Assembly: GCF_001194135.2 (NCBI RefSeq)
Contig: NC_068985.1
Location: forward strand, 30,728,209-30,792,208
From: Octopus bimaculoides
Taxonomy: Eukaryota
Direction of reading: 5' to 3'
Length of the DNA: 64,000 bases
Numbering within the stretch: the first letter of the stretch is position 1; each line of letters opens with the position of its first letter. Of this stretch, positions 1 to 12,419 are shown one piece after another. The notes under the pieces are model-generated. The model was given only the letters and a program-made list of their open reading frames with translations. It was not told the origin of the DNA and did no database searches. A program made the position numbers and the translations under genes.

Positions 1-1246
1 CACTGTTATGTTTCCCTCGGGTGACTCGCAGAGATAACACAACGAGTTATACAATTTAATTATTACATTTATTGTTCAATTACATACAAAGAACGCACTC
101 ACCCAATGTTCGTTATGAATAAACAAAAGTCATGTCCGCCATATATATATCAATGACATTTTACTACGACAGTCCCACAAGACAACAACAATGAAACAAT
201 GAACTCAGACGAACCACATGACACACGGAACGTCAGACGAATTACATATCTAACAGTCCATATAACAGACACAGACACACATTCTCATCTTTATATATCT
301 GATATTTATGCGTGAGGGCATATACAGGAGTGCAGGTGCTCGTATCAATATTCACTGAAAAAAAGCTCAGATGAACGAGTGAGTGTATTCTCAATCCGTG
401 ATATGAAAGATCTTCCTGCAGGATTGTAGTGTGTGAAATGCCTTGAAGGTTTTTACAAAGTGAAATGCGTCTGGTGCTGCTGTGGTTAATTGCTGAATTA
501 GCAAGGACGACAGTGGAAGCATGCTGGACTGATGCGCGAGACAGATAATTTTTCTCTGTTAATTACGTGACCAAACAGGGGTCTAACAGGGGAAATTATG
601 TCTAAACATGAGCGTAGAGCATGTGAACATCCGACGTGCATCAAGTCGGGAGAAGAATTGAGCTTACGCAGACGTGTTACAAAACAAAGTAGTAGATGTG
701 TATAATAGAGGTGCAAGTGCATATGTGCAACAGAACTTGCAAGGCTGAGGCTAATGCTAGTGCATTGATTACAAATACAGTGTACAGTACTGAATATGCC
801 AATGATTAAGGCAGTATTGAATATGGCAGCCGGTACATGAGTAATTATATACCTCGATCGTGCAGGAACAAAAGTGTGGCATACTGGCGCATTGTAAGGA
901 ACAAACAACTTTCTCAATGTATGCGTGATCGACCTAGGTTCTTACAGAGATGAGTTGTGTCTACAAGGACGCATTGAGCATGAAAAAAGAGCGAGAAAGG
1001 CATGTGCGGTGCATGAATGTGACAGAATTAGCATGCATGTGTGTATGAACCATGTGTGCAGATGCGTGCGCAAGGCCAGGCGCTGAGGAAAGGTGCATGC
1101 ATGTGTATATGCAACAATACCTTTTCAAAGTGAAGGAGAAAAAATATATATACATGCAAAATGCAACGTGCGACAATGCGACTGAAAGAAAGTGGGAGTG
1201 CAAAATATGAATAAAATTGAGAAGCATGCAAACAAAAATTTAGGTT

Positions 1247-1320
1247 ATGAATAAATGCTGAGTTCATGAATAAAAGTTCAGTTCATGGATAAATGTTCAG
1301 TTTATGAATAAAATGTTCGG
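1247..1320. repeat. 19-bp minisatellite, about 4 imperfect copies (ATGAATAAATGTTCAGTTC-like)
   Basis: Units start at 1247, 1266, 1285 and 1304. Confidence 0.8.
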
Positions 1321-1510
1321 TTAATTTGAGTCAGAATATAAGCAGAATCAATTTTAATTTAATATGACAAACAGAAAATTGAATTAATGCGATGTAAGTG
1401 TTACAGATATGGTCCTTGTGAGCCGGAATTTTAGTGGCATACCTATTTGAGCACTCACAGCGCATACCTATTAGTTGGAGTCACCCTGACGAAAGTTCTT
1501 CGAATCCATT

Positions 1511-1957
1511 AGGCGTGGCTGGGTAGTAAGAAGCTTGCTTCCCAACCACATGCTTTCGGTTCAGTCCTACTGAGTGACACCTTAGGCAAACGTCTTCTAC
1601 TATAGCCTCGGGCCGACCAAAGCCTTGTGAATGGATTTGGTTGACGGAAACTGAAAGAAGTCCGTCGTGTGTGTGTGTATGTGTGTGTGTGTGTGTGCGC
1701 GCGCGCGCGTACGTGCGTGCGTGTGTATGTGTGTGTTTTTATGTCTGCGTTTGTCACACACCACCGCTTGAGAACTGGTGTTGATGTATTTACGTCCTCG
1801 TAACTTAACGATTCGACAAAGTAAGACCAATAGAATAAGTACCAGGCTTTAAAAAAGAAGTAAGTTCTGGGATCGATTTGTTTGACTAAAACCCTTCAAG
1901 GCAGTGCCCCAGCATGGACACAGTCAAATGACTGAAACAAACAAAAGAATAAAAGAA
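1511..1957 (+). mobile_element. tRNA-derived SINE with internal (GT)n/(GC)n and TAAAAGAA tail
   Basis: Box A/B-like head followed by a conserved body; homologous copies at 31788, 34658 and 35915/37190. Confidence 0.8.
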
Positions 1958-2124
1958 TGTGTGTGTGTGGTGTGTGTGTGGTGTGTGTGTGGTGTGTGCG
2001 TGTGCGCGCGCGTGTGCGGCTACATTATTTAATCTGCCCTTCTTCAAGAAGATGCAATTTAATGGAAATTTAGCTGTTATTTGTAGCAGATAATGAGACC
2101 ACATAGACGGTCTTTCTCTATTAT

Positions 2125-2247
2125 GTTGGTTGGTCGGCTGGTCGGCTGGTTAGCTGATCGGTCGGGTGGCTAGTTGGCTGGCTGGCTGGTTGGTTGGTTG
2201 GTTGGTTGGTTGGTTGGTTGGCTGGTTGGTTGGTTGGCTGGTTGGTC
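2125..2247. repeat. (TGGT/TGGC)n tetranucleotide microsatellite
   Basis: Direct reading. Confidence 0.9.
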
Positions 2248-2646
2248 AGTTGGGAAGACTATAAGTAGATATAAATACATTTAATCTATTATTAATGAAC
2301 TTCACAGAAATACCAATAGGAAAGGATGCGCACGCATATTTGTGTGTGTGTGTGGGGGGGCATGTGTGTGTTATGCGCGCGCGCACGTTTCTCTAACCTT
2401 ACGGGCGCGCGCACGCATGTCTGTCCAAAGTAACTTTGGAGGTATGTTAGCAATAATGTCTAGTGAAATGAACAAAATAATCTGACCAATTGATCTTAGG
2501 ATGATTAACTACATCGGTGAATAATAAGATTGGTGAGATAAGCTTTAATCGATAGAGATACTGAAGGTTAAAAGCCTGACCGCGAAACTGCTGTGTAAAA
2601 CTCCCTACTAAACTATTGTACATTTTATGTATACATGTATGTTTTA

Positions 2647-3100
2647 TACAGGGTGCAGTGAATAAACTGTCGTCTAAACTACGCAAAAACAAAATTAACA
2701 CTGACATCTCATCTTAACAGATATATTTACCAAAATTACATAAAAATATCTTGTAATACTAAAGAATAAATTTATTCAGTAAAATCGCAATTGGCTTCAA
2801 CCACAGCCCCCAGACGACTTCGGAATCTCCAACTCTTTTGGACGATCTCCTTGTTTAAGTAGGTGAATGCTACCATAATCCTTGCCTTCGGTTCATCTCT
2901 CGTGTTACAAGGAGTTTTGTTGGTCTCTCGCTCAACTGCGTCCCACACATAATAATCAAGGGAGTTGCAACCTGGGGAGTTAAGTGGCCAGATGTTAGGG
3001 GTGATGTGGTCGCAGAAATTGTCTGACAGCCATGACTGGATTCTTCTGCTTGTGTAGCATGGTGCAGATTCCTGTTGACAGCCACCCTGTTGACCCAAGG
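2647..3100 (-). mobile_element. Tc1/mariner-superfamily (maT-like) transposase 3' fragment with one TIR
   Basis: QQESAPCYTS...WPLNSPGCNSLDYYVW catalytic-end motif; TIR TACAGGGTGCAGTGAATAAACTGTC at 2647; second copy at 54371. Confidence 0.85.
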
Positions 3101-3149
3101 TAGTGATAAATGATTTACAATCAAGACGGGTTTGTTTGTTTTTTTTTCA

Positions 3150-4233
3150 GTTTCCTTACAATAACTTATTTAAATCAGCTTGTCCTTCTTGTCAGTATGC
3201 TTCGCATCAAAATGACACTTCAAGCGTGAAGGTTTCATTGCTTCGTTGATCAATGCTTGATGACAAAAAAGGCACATTGGTAACTGACAGTTCTGAGGAG
3301 AGGGAATAAATCCAAACGATAAATAATCACTGCTGTATTGTCGACAAATTTTCTTGACTGGACGCATCAGTAAAGTGAAAATGTGAAAACGAATTTCTAC
3401 AGACGGCGTCAGAAAGACAGTATGGTATTCCCAAAGAGAAGAGGAAGTCGATAGAGCAGAATCAGACGACACGTCTTTACTGGAGCAAATTCGGATCTAG
3501 TTCGTTTGGCTGCCAGCATTTCAAAAATTAAGGTTTAAAATTTGGCACTTTGATATACCTTTCCAAGCTAAATTGCTGGAGTCATTCAACTTTTTCCAGA
3601 AAAATCTTTTTAAAAAGCTTTAGCGGTTTAAAATTTGATCATTTTCACCCAGTCAAGAAACACGATTTCAAAGCTGTCGTTCGTACGTGACTGCACATTT
3701 TGTCAACATCCTGAAAATAGCCCTTGTGTTTCGATATGAAACCGTAGAATTACGCATGACATATAAACCCCCTCATAACTTTTTTATATTTTTCGGAATT
3801 TTCAGAAAAGTTTTGCGAATTTGTATTCTACAAGCGGGACTTCATACGATTATTCCCAAATAAAAAATTGTGGTCAAGCGTGATTTAAGGCCTTGGCTTA
3901 TTTGGTTGCTATTTTTAGCACATATGACAACCATCTCAATGATTGTGCGATAAAATATTCGATCGATAAACCAAGTCCGCTTTTTTAATACAAAGGGACG
4001 TCTCATGCCAGTGGTCAAATCGATAAAAAAGCATTCTTATTCTAGACATGCCTCGGTATAAGTAAATGCAGACTTAATTTCTAAAAATTCTTTGTTCACA
4101 CCGCCCACCAAAATCTTAGATCACCCACCATTTTCTGGAAATTCACCCATCGCCCACCTGTAAGTTGAAATCGCCCAGTTGTAAGTTGAAATCGTCCACC
4201 GGTGCGTGATATCGCCCACTTTGGGAAGCTATG
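3150..4233 (-). mobile_element. hAT (Buster/Charlie-like) 5' remnant: terminal repeat plus BED zinc-finger N-terminus, interrupted by an unclassified repeat (about 3480-4090)
   Basis: RQYSSDYLSFGF...PMCLFCHQAL.NEAMKPSRLKCHFDAKH (3170-3400); hAT-like end CATAGCTTCCCAAAGTGGGCGAT on the minus strand at 4211-4233 with subterminal CGCCCAC repeats. Confidence 0.75.
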
Positions 4234-4355
4234 ATGTTGTTTTTCTCAGACGGTGCCCAGCTGACCCTACGGTACTATGTAGTCGACAAAATCAAAAACA
4301 AACAATGCGCATACGCGAAATTAAAAATATAAAATGCCAGCAAATTACCCATGGC

Positions 4356-4391
<36 letters not shown>

Positions 4392-4869
4392 TTTAATGTC
4401 GAACAAATGAAAAACGTACTCAATACACTTTGTGGAAGGTATGGTTTTCTATTATATATATGATATAGATATACATATACATACATACATATATATGTGT
4501 GTGTGTGTGTGTGTGCGTGTGTGTGTTAGACAAAATGAGATAACGAAGCCAAGGCTGTGAGGAGTTTTCAGGACATCTGTAAGGAAAGAGATATAAATAT
4601 AGTCTTACAGATGTTTCTGGGATATTATGGATATCCCTTCATCAGAGACAATGTGAGGTGGTTAAATATTATAAAAAAAAGGAGATAGGGAATATAGAGG
4701 GAAATAAGAGAATGAAAGTAGAAATAAAATATAAATTATTGTCGTTGCAGTTCCATTATTCAAGTAAAATGGTGTATAGAAGTGGAAAAAAGTTTCCTGT
4801 ACAGGAAATAGTAGTTCATGTTTAGTCATTTCAAAGTATGAAACCATGAATTCTGTGTTGTTCATTCTC

Positions 4870-5140
4870 ACCCCACCACCACATCCTCACCCCAAACCCA
4901 CACCCAACCCTCACATCCCCAAACTCCAACACTGCCACACCATACCACACACCACCACACCTCCACACCACTCCGTACACACTACCAATGACCACTTCCC
5001 AGCACCCACACCATCATCCACACACCCACACATTACAGACGCGCACACTAACACACGGACACTTCCACACGTCAAAGTCACCAGCCCCTATCCACAAGCA
5101 CACACTTACACACTCTCACATATACATACGCACGCGCACC
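4870..5140. repeat. CA-rich low-complexity tract
   Basis: Degenerate CAC/CCA/CA repeats; source of the H/P/T-rich ORFs. Confidence 0.8.
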
Positions 5141-6169
5141 TTCGTTTCGGGATCACCAGTACTTTATTATCGCCCCTTCTTCCTAGCTCTCCTGTCTAAC
5201 TACCTTTGTCCAACTAGTCGCCATGATTGACCGCTAACTCCAAAAGCTTTTTTATTCTCTGTTTATTTCCACGAGTTCCTTCCTTTTGAAGAGCGTAGGC
5301 TCGAAATGCATAAGACTTTCTCACGTTTGCGAGCGTCAAACTAATACACTTGCTTGTTTATACACCTGTCTCTGTCTTTTCTTTTTCTGTAAATTTCAAT
5401 TATACACACATACGCGCACACATACATACAATGTAATAGAAAAACCATATCTTCTACATGTACTAAGCTTTCGAGTCTCATTTGTTCAACATTAAAAAAC
5501 GTATATATGTATGTATGTGTGTATGTATGTACGTATGTATGTATGTAGCCAGATAATGTAAATTTCGAATGCAGTTTGGCTGTGAAAACAGCAAAAAGAT
5601 TTTACCCAATTTGTTGTTTTCACAGCTATACTTGTCGGTAAAATACCAAACACATTCGACGCTTCCAAAACTTGTCTATAAAATATTGTTGCACCCTGTA
5701 TAGTATTTCATTTATTCATATTTTTTATGTACACGACAGTTCTTTCTACCAGTTTGACCTATTTTATCCCTCTCTATCCTCAGATAATGATTATCAAGAA
5801 ACACAAGAGCTCATCCTTTTCTCCCCTATTTATAAAATTTAAGTTAAACACTACATATCAGGCAGAGTGACGGCAGTTTTTGTAGGGAAAAATTAGCTCA
5901 ATAAAGCACGAATTTTTATTACTCCTCAACCCAAATCGATTAACCAAACTGATAAACAGATTCTCAAGTAATGTATTTAATCAAACACACATGCGTGACT
6001 GTTTTTCTATATATACATGCTTTCATAAATGCAGGGATATATAATCTTGTGTTTGTATGTGCAGACGCACATAAATTCACTCACACACATACGCATGCAT
6101 ACCCACACACACATACATACATACATACATAGCCGCAAAAAAAAACGTAAAATGTGACAAGCGATGCAG

Positions 6170-6880
6170 ACATTGTTGAGTTCACATTGGAGATATCACT
6201 CACATCATAAGCAGTTGTCCGAAAATGTCATCACGGTATTGTCTACCGATGAGACATGACATTGTAGCTAGGACACTCTATAATGAAATCCGTCGGAAGG
6301 ATATGTAAGCACAGCAGACCTGATATAATGATTTAGGATAGAGAAGAGAAACTGTGCACAGTTGTGGAAATTAGCTGCCCAGCGGATGTTAACATAAAGC
6401 TGAAGATCAGAGAAAAAGTAAACACCTATGCTGAACTATTGAGAAATCTGCAGTTACTCTATCCAGATTACAAGTTCAGGTTTATACCTGTAATTATTGG
6501 GACACTGGGGTATGTAACACACTGCCTAAATACCAGTCTTGAGAAATTAGGCTTCTCAAAGTCAGAAAGGAGAAAGCTAATTCGGAGACTACATATCCAG
6601 TCCATCACTGGAAGTGTAATAATCTGTAAAGCTTTCCAGAAGTTTATCATTTAAATATATATGAACATGTCTAGATATGTAACTATAGGCATGAAAATAC
6701 ATACTTAAAACATACAAATCTACACATACATACATACATACATACATACATACATACATACCCTATTGTTGATGTTGAAATTCCAATGAAGAAGCCTTGG
6801 ATCTGGGTTAGAAACTGGTTCTTTATTGGCAAAAAATCTTGAAATAAACTGAATAATGACATACACAATTCACAAATCAT
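6170..6880 (+). mobile_element. R4/Dong-like non-LTR retrotransposon 3' end (CCHC remnant, restriction-like endonuclease, 3' UTR with (TACA)n)
   Basis: HIISSCP...RHDIVA, RPDIMI, VEISCPADVNI...IPVIIGTLG; stop at 6654. Confidence 0.85.
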
Positions 6881-6884
6881 ATTA

Positions 6885-8420
6885 CGGTAACATCATAATA
6901 AGTTATTGATAATGTTCTTGGAGTGGTTTGATAGTTTGTAAATATAATTTCATGTTTTGTTAGGTTTACAATTAATGTTTCGTTTGGTTTTCAGTAAGTT
7001 GTTTAGACGTAGGAGTGTATGCAGAAAATTAGCAGCTATGAGGCTTGTATTTGTAGTATTCTTTTGTTCAAATTTTTGGAAAAAAGGTGTCATTTTTTTC
7101 TTGTTTATCGGTTTGTTGAAGTTATTCATCTGTAGGAAACCATCATCTCTATAAAGACCACCTTCGACTTCGGGAAACTTCATTTGTAAATTTAGATAAT
7201 GAAAATATTCTTTTAATGTTACTAATTTCAGCAGTTCCCATGCTGACATCAAATGAAATGTTAGGTTATGTTTTTTTATTCATAGAGAGTTGTGGAAAAT
7301 CGCAATAGTTTTTTTGTCCGTGCATAGTTATTTCATTACTTGTTTCTTTATGCTATACCTGGTGATGTTAAGAGTGTTAATAAGTTCTAATCATCAAAGG
7401 ATAATAGTTTTTATAGAAAATGTAAGAATTTACAATTAATTTTGTCTGGGATAGATCTGAACCTATTCTTTTTAATGATGAATCTTTGCATGTTCTTTGG
7501 TACGATTTTGTCTATGTGTTTGCTATTTATGGTACTATCAATTTTTGTAAAGTTTATAAAACGGTTAGAGAGCATTTGTTCAAAATTAAATTTATAAACC
7601 TTAAAAGTTAAGTACGGCTATTGCGTAATAAATGGATCGCTTTCGTCATCAATACTCAGGTATGAAGCAAATTTTTCTACCTTTGTATATTTATCTCCAA
7701 CTCTTCCAATTTAGTAGTTGTATGCTGTCAACTTAATGTGACAGTCCCATGAAGGGAATAATACTACTGCTATTTAGCCCTAGGAAGCAGCACCGCTTCC
7801 TGTCGGCCTTGACACATTTCCTATGTACTTATGTTTACAAGGGGGAGACAAGCACCTTGTAAACATAAGGACAGAGGAAATGTGTCAAGGCCGACAGGAA
7901 GCGGTGCAGCTTCCTAGGTCTAACCAACAGTAGTATTATTCCCTTCGGGGGACTGTCACATTAAGTTGACAGCATACAACTACTTCATTGTATCACTACT
8001 GCATAAATATCTCTGAGAGATTTAGAAATGTATTATTTCTATATTCCAATTTAGTTTCTTGTAAGTGTTAGTGATACTCGTAGAAAGAAATCATTCATAA
8101 GTATTGCCGTCTCTTTCAAAAATATTTTTGACTTTATCAAATGATACAAATAGTTTGAATTTATGATTTCCCATAAGTTCGTATTAAGTTACCTCTAGAA
8201 GTTAGTATTCAACTGTTGTTGTTTTTGATTAATGAAAACTAAAGATTGGAATAGTATATTGGTGGGCAAGAGTTTGTACATGTCAATCCAAACTTGTTAA
8301 CCTTGCTAAAATTGATATTTTGTTTATTGGAAAACTATAAACTTTCTATATTAGTCTTCTAATGAAATTATGAATTTTTTGCATATATTTTCTGTTTAAT
8401 GTTGCTCCTTCGTGTGATTT
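6885..8420 (-). mobile_element. Degenerate Penelope-like element RT region, interrupted by a palindromic MITE
   Basis: GGLYRDDG RT motif (ORF 6950-7252) followed by YKLSNHSKNII, matching the Penelope SNHP motif. The right boundary is approximate. Confidence 0.75.
7717..7980. mobile_element. 264-bp almost fully palindromic MITE/foldback flanked by TA
   Basis: Inverted arms 7713-7841 and 7856-7984 around a 14-nt loop; TA at 7715-16 and 7981-82. Confidence 0.85.
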
Positions 8421-8465
8421 ACTTTTATTATTATCATTATTATTATTACTATTATTATTATTATT

Positions 8466-8981
8466 CTTGCCTTTGCACAGCTTCTAACGCTGGAGATGTA
8501 CTACAGTGTCAGTTGTTCACTACCAGTGAACTAAGGTAACACCTCTTATTTTTCGAGCACCTTCCGGAATATTCGAGCGGTTCCAAGCAGTGCTGTTTTC
8601 TGCAAGTGCTCCACCCTTATTGCAGCCCCTATTTGTTCCATGTACTTCTCGAGATTTTTACTCACTGTTCCAAGGGCTCCGACAATTATTGGTACTACTA
8701 CCACCTTTTTCATCGACCACAACTGCTTAACTTCCCAAGCTAACCTGTCATATCTCTCGACTTTTCTTTCTTCCTTATTGCATACCTTGTTGTCAGCTGG
8801 GCATGCTATGTCTATGATCCAGCATAGTTTGTTTTCTTTCTCAGTTAAGACTATGTCCGGCTTCCTATTCTCAATCTCATGGTCGCACTGAATCATAAAA
8901 TCCCATAGGATCTTTGCATTTCTATTTTCGACAATGCCTTCGGGTTTGTGGTCGTACCAATTTTTTGCTCTGTTAAGTCCA
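8466..8981 (-). mobile_element. R4/Dong-like retrotransposon, 5'-truncated copy 1 (REL endonuclease and 3' UTR)
   Basis: IENRKPDIVL...IIDIACP...VVPIIVGALG...LQKTALLGTARI; flanked by (TTA)n at about 8424-8465 and 8982-9045. Confidence 0.9.
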
Positions 8982-9015
<34 letters not shown>

Positions 9016-9045
9016 GTTGTTGTTGTTGTTGTTGTTGTTGTTATT

Positions 9046-9863
9046 TTGGTTTGGCATCTGGTAGGATTTATGGGGGTAGCGGGTTACTGTAACCTTAGAT
9101 ATCCACAAGTTTTCAACAGTTTTTCAAGTGCTTAGTACCCGCCTGATAATTCTTGCTATCCCTAAAAGACAAACTTTCTGTAGGAGCTTTACCGAGCATT
9201 CTGTTTCAATCTCATTCAGTCATTTGTCTATACCTTTTCTTATTATTCCCAACGTACCAATTATTATAGGCACGACCTTTACGGCTCGCATGCTGCAAAT
9301 TCTTCCTATTTCAAATTTAAGGGATTGCATGTTATTTGCATTTCTTCCTCTTTCTTTACAATCCAGGAATCAAACAGGCATGATGGGTCGATAAGTAAGC
9401 AACTTCGCTTTTCCTTATCTATAATTGTCATCTTCGCTTTTCCTTATCTATAATTGTTGTTGTTGTAATTCTGAAAGACTCGGATAGTTCTCAATTACTG
9501 GTTATTCTGTACTTGAAAACAGGCGACAACAAATCACCAAAGTAGTGCCTCTCCTGTGACTCAAAGAGACAATGCTCTCTTTAGAATGCGAGCTATACTC
9601 AACAATGCTGTCTTATGGATCACCTGCAGCCTGACAGCAGCTTCAATATTCTTAATATGTTTTTCTGACAGTAACTCCAATATTTATTATTGGGTGTTTC
9701 AGCAGTGGCTCCACGGCATTTTTTATATACCACCCAAGGCTGTTTTCCCTTGCTTCTTTTCAAACCTCTCCCACCCTTTCTTCTGGACAAGGACAGCCTA
9801 TCGGTGTCACTCTTAGGGTGGAAGGCTCCATGTACTGTCAACATTTTTTGGTCTTGGTATCCA

Positions 9864-9864
<1 letters not shown>
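9046..9864 (-). mobile_element. R4/Dong-like retrotransposon, copy 2 (internally deleted)
   Basis: GAFHPKSDTDRL...RRKGGRGL joined to VVPIIIGTLG...LLQKVCLLG; 26-bp direct duplication at 9403/9432; (TTA)n on both sides. Confidence 0.85.
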
Positions 9865-9936
<72 letters not shown>

Positions 9937-11188
9937 GTATTAAAACTCACAGCTTATATTGTTGGGTATGATGGAAAGTGTCAGTTGTCTACAGCCAGTA
10001 GACTAAGGTGTTCTACCTTCACACTTGCACCGATCTTTTTCAGCCATGTTGATAGCTGAGTGTTGATATTTCCAAGTGCACTACTTACTATTGGTATCAC
10101 GTCTATTATCTTCATTGACCACAACCTTCGTATTTCCACTTTAAATCGTCATAGTTGTTTATTTTTTTCTTCTTCTTTTACATTGATCCTGTTGTCACCG
10201 GAGCATGCTATGTCGATTACCATACATGTTCTTCCTTTTTTATTCACTATAACAATGTCCGGTTTCCGATGTTTGGTCAGGTGATCGCATTGGATCATTG
10301 TATCCCACAGGATTTTGCAATTCTCATTTTCAGTGACTCCTTCTGGGGTTTGCTGATACCACGTCTTTGCTCTTTGCAGGCCGTGATTTCCACAGTTACC
10401 AATGGATCATTCTTGCCACGTTGTCATGGCGTCTTTTGTATTCGCGTTGTGCCAATTTCGGGCATTCGCTAACGATGTGCCATACCATTTCACTCCTCTC
10501 ACCAAACATTCTGCATTTGTCGTTATCGGTATATAATTGGTCCTTAACGCTTGTTCCTGAGCTGCGCATATGAGCGCTTCTGTCTCTATCTTCAATCACT
10601 CCTCTTCATCAATAACCACCGGTCCTCTGCATCTGTCTTGGTGTTCACATCTCTTGCAAACTGACCATACGTTTTATTTTCCTTGCATGCTTTTTTTCTT
10701 TTTTTTTTTCTTTTTTTCATTTTTTGTTTAAATTTTTCTTTAGTTACACAATTTTCAGTTTTAATGACGCCTGTCTTCTTCGGGTGTTTCAGCAGTGGTT
10801 CCACGACATTTTTAATATACCACCCTAGGCTGTTTTTCTATGCTTCGATACAGTCCTGGCAACTGATCAAGCCTCTCCCACCCTTCCTTCTGGACGAGTA
10901 CAGCCTAAATGTGTCACTCTTAGGGTGGAAGGTTCTGTCAACAGTCAACATTTTGCTGGTCTTGGTATCTATTTTCTTCATTTCTCTCTTTTGCCATTTT
11001 ATAATTCTCGCTCCACACCGAAGTGATGCTATCGCCCATGTATTAACAGCTTGGATTTTATTCCATCCAGTCAATTTTGAGTGCAGCACCAACCTCAATC
11101 TTCAGAAATACTCCATCCTCAGTTGCTCTTTCATTTCCTTTTCCATTATCTCGTTAACCTCTAGTACACCAAAGTATTTGTATCCTTC

Positions 11189-11190
<2 letters not shown>
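9937..11190 (-). mobile_element. R4/Dong-like retrotransposon, copy 3 (RT C-terminus, CCHC finger, REL endonuclease)
   Basis: EGYKYLGV, KIQAVNTWAI, HPKSD...GGRGL, CRMF...HIVSECP...RRHD; (TTA)n at 9865-9936 and 11191-11262. Confidence 0.9.
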
Positions 11191-11261
<71 letters not shown>

Positions 11262-12407
11262 TACTCTGCTATAACGGTTTTTAGATTTTTCTTTAGTTCT
11301 TGATTTTCGTTTTATCAAACAACGAAGTTTTTTTATAATTATATGGACTTGTGCGCATGTGTGCATGTAGTGTTTCTTTAGAAACGATGTTAATGAAGCG
11401 AGCATTGCCTATACTGAATGTAGTGGAATGCATGAAAAAACGAAAGAAGCTAAAACAAAAAAGTAATTTCTTAATTATGTAATTGTTTAATCAGCATAAG
11501 TTTCTCCCCTTTTACCGCATTAAAAATTATTATAAACCAACCTGATAGTGAATCAGAAGGGAAATGAAATATCCCTCAAAAATCACAGTTTTTTTTTTCT
11601 TTTTCTTTTTTTTTTTTATGAGATAGAAAATAGTAAATTTTGACTCGTAAGATTTGGCAGGATTTTTGAAATTTGATAAAATACGAAAAAGTGGAATTTT
11701 ATCTACTGCTCTTGTGGATAGGAATGTTTTTACTGGATTCCAAGTATTTTTAAAATAGAAAAGGCTCATTTATTCCCACATAAAATCAATAAATAAATAA
11801 ATAAAAAGATGGTTTAAAAGAAAGTTGGACAATGGCGGTTGAGAAGTTTGGTATTTATGGGGTTCTACTTTCATTGTTTACTATTTTCATGAAAACAAGA
11901 AACTGGATTCAGTCATTAGAAGTCACAAGAATAGTTTAACACTCATGAAAAGACAAAGAATCATCAACACTGGTCCACCTAGTGAAAGGAAATGGAAATA
12001 AATCTTTTAGAAAATAGACATTATCTCACTTAGGTTTGGCTTCTGTGTTATAATTTGCTGTAATTTCATCTCCCCTCTATAGAAATAATAGACTCAGTCA
12101 GACCCAGATAAATTAGATTAAGGAGTGATAAAAAGGGATGAATAAAAAGAAATGGGAAACCAGAGACTATTAAAGAGAGAGAATTTTTAAAATTAAGATG
12201 GTCGGTGAGAGCAAGAAGTTGATTGAGAGTAAGACTAAAAATAAGATATGAGTAAATGAGAGGGTGATGAAAAAATAATGATGGAAAATCAAAGAGAGAA
12301 TGATTGTGTGAAGGTTTTCCTATGAAAATATTTATACCTAAAAATTGCTAAGCTTTCAAAAACCCATGAGATATTGTTTGGAAAATTCTTTGACTTGGTC
12401 TTATTTC

Positions 12408-12415
12408 TGACGTCA
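12408..12415. promoter_or_regulatory. Perfect palindromic CRE (TGACGTCA)
   Basis: Exact 8-mer in unique sequence about 300 bp upstream of a strong splice donor. Function is inferred only. Confidence 0.4.
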
Positions 12416-12419
12416 CTAA

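Noticed and set aside
498-917. 139-aa minus-strand ORF
   Set aside because: No recognisable domain or splice support; it lies in a probable repeat.
4846-5230. His/Pro/Thr-rich ORFs
   Set aside because: Translation of CA-rich low-complexity DNA.
6780-6830. Hammerhead-like ATGAAGA...GAAACTGGTT in the R4-like 3' UTR
   Set aside because: The core C-U is absent, spacing before GAAA is wrong and stem I does not form; more likely an ordinary hairpin.
8424-11262. Repeat-spacer-like periodicity suggesting a CRISPR array
   Set aside because: The repeats are variable-length (TTA)n, the spacers are kb-scale retrotransposon pieces, and the sequence is eukaryotic with no cas genes.
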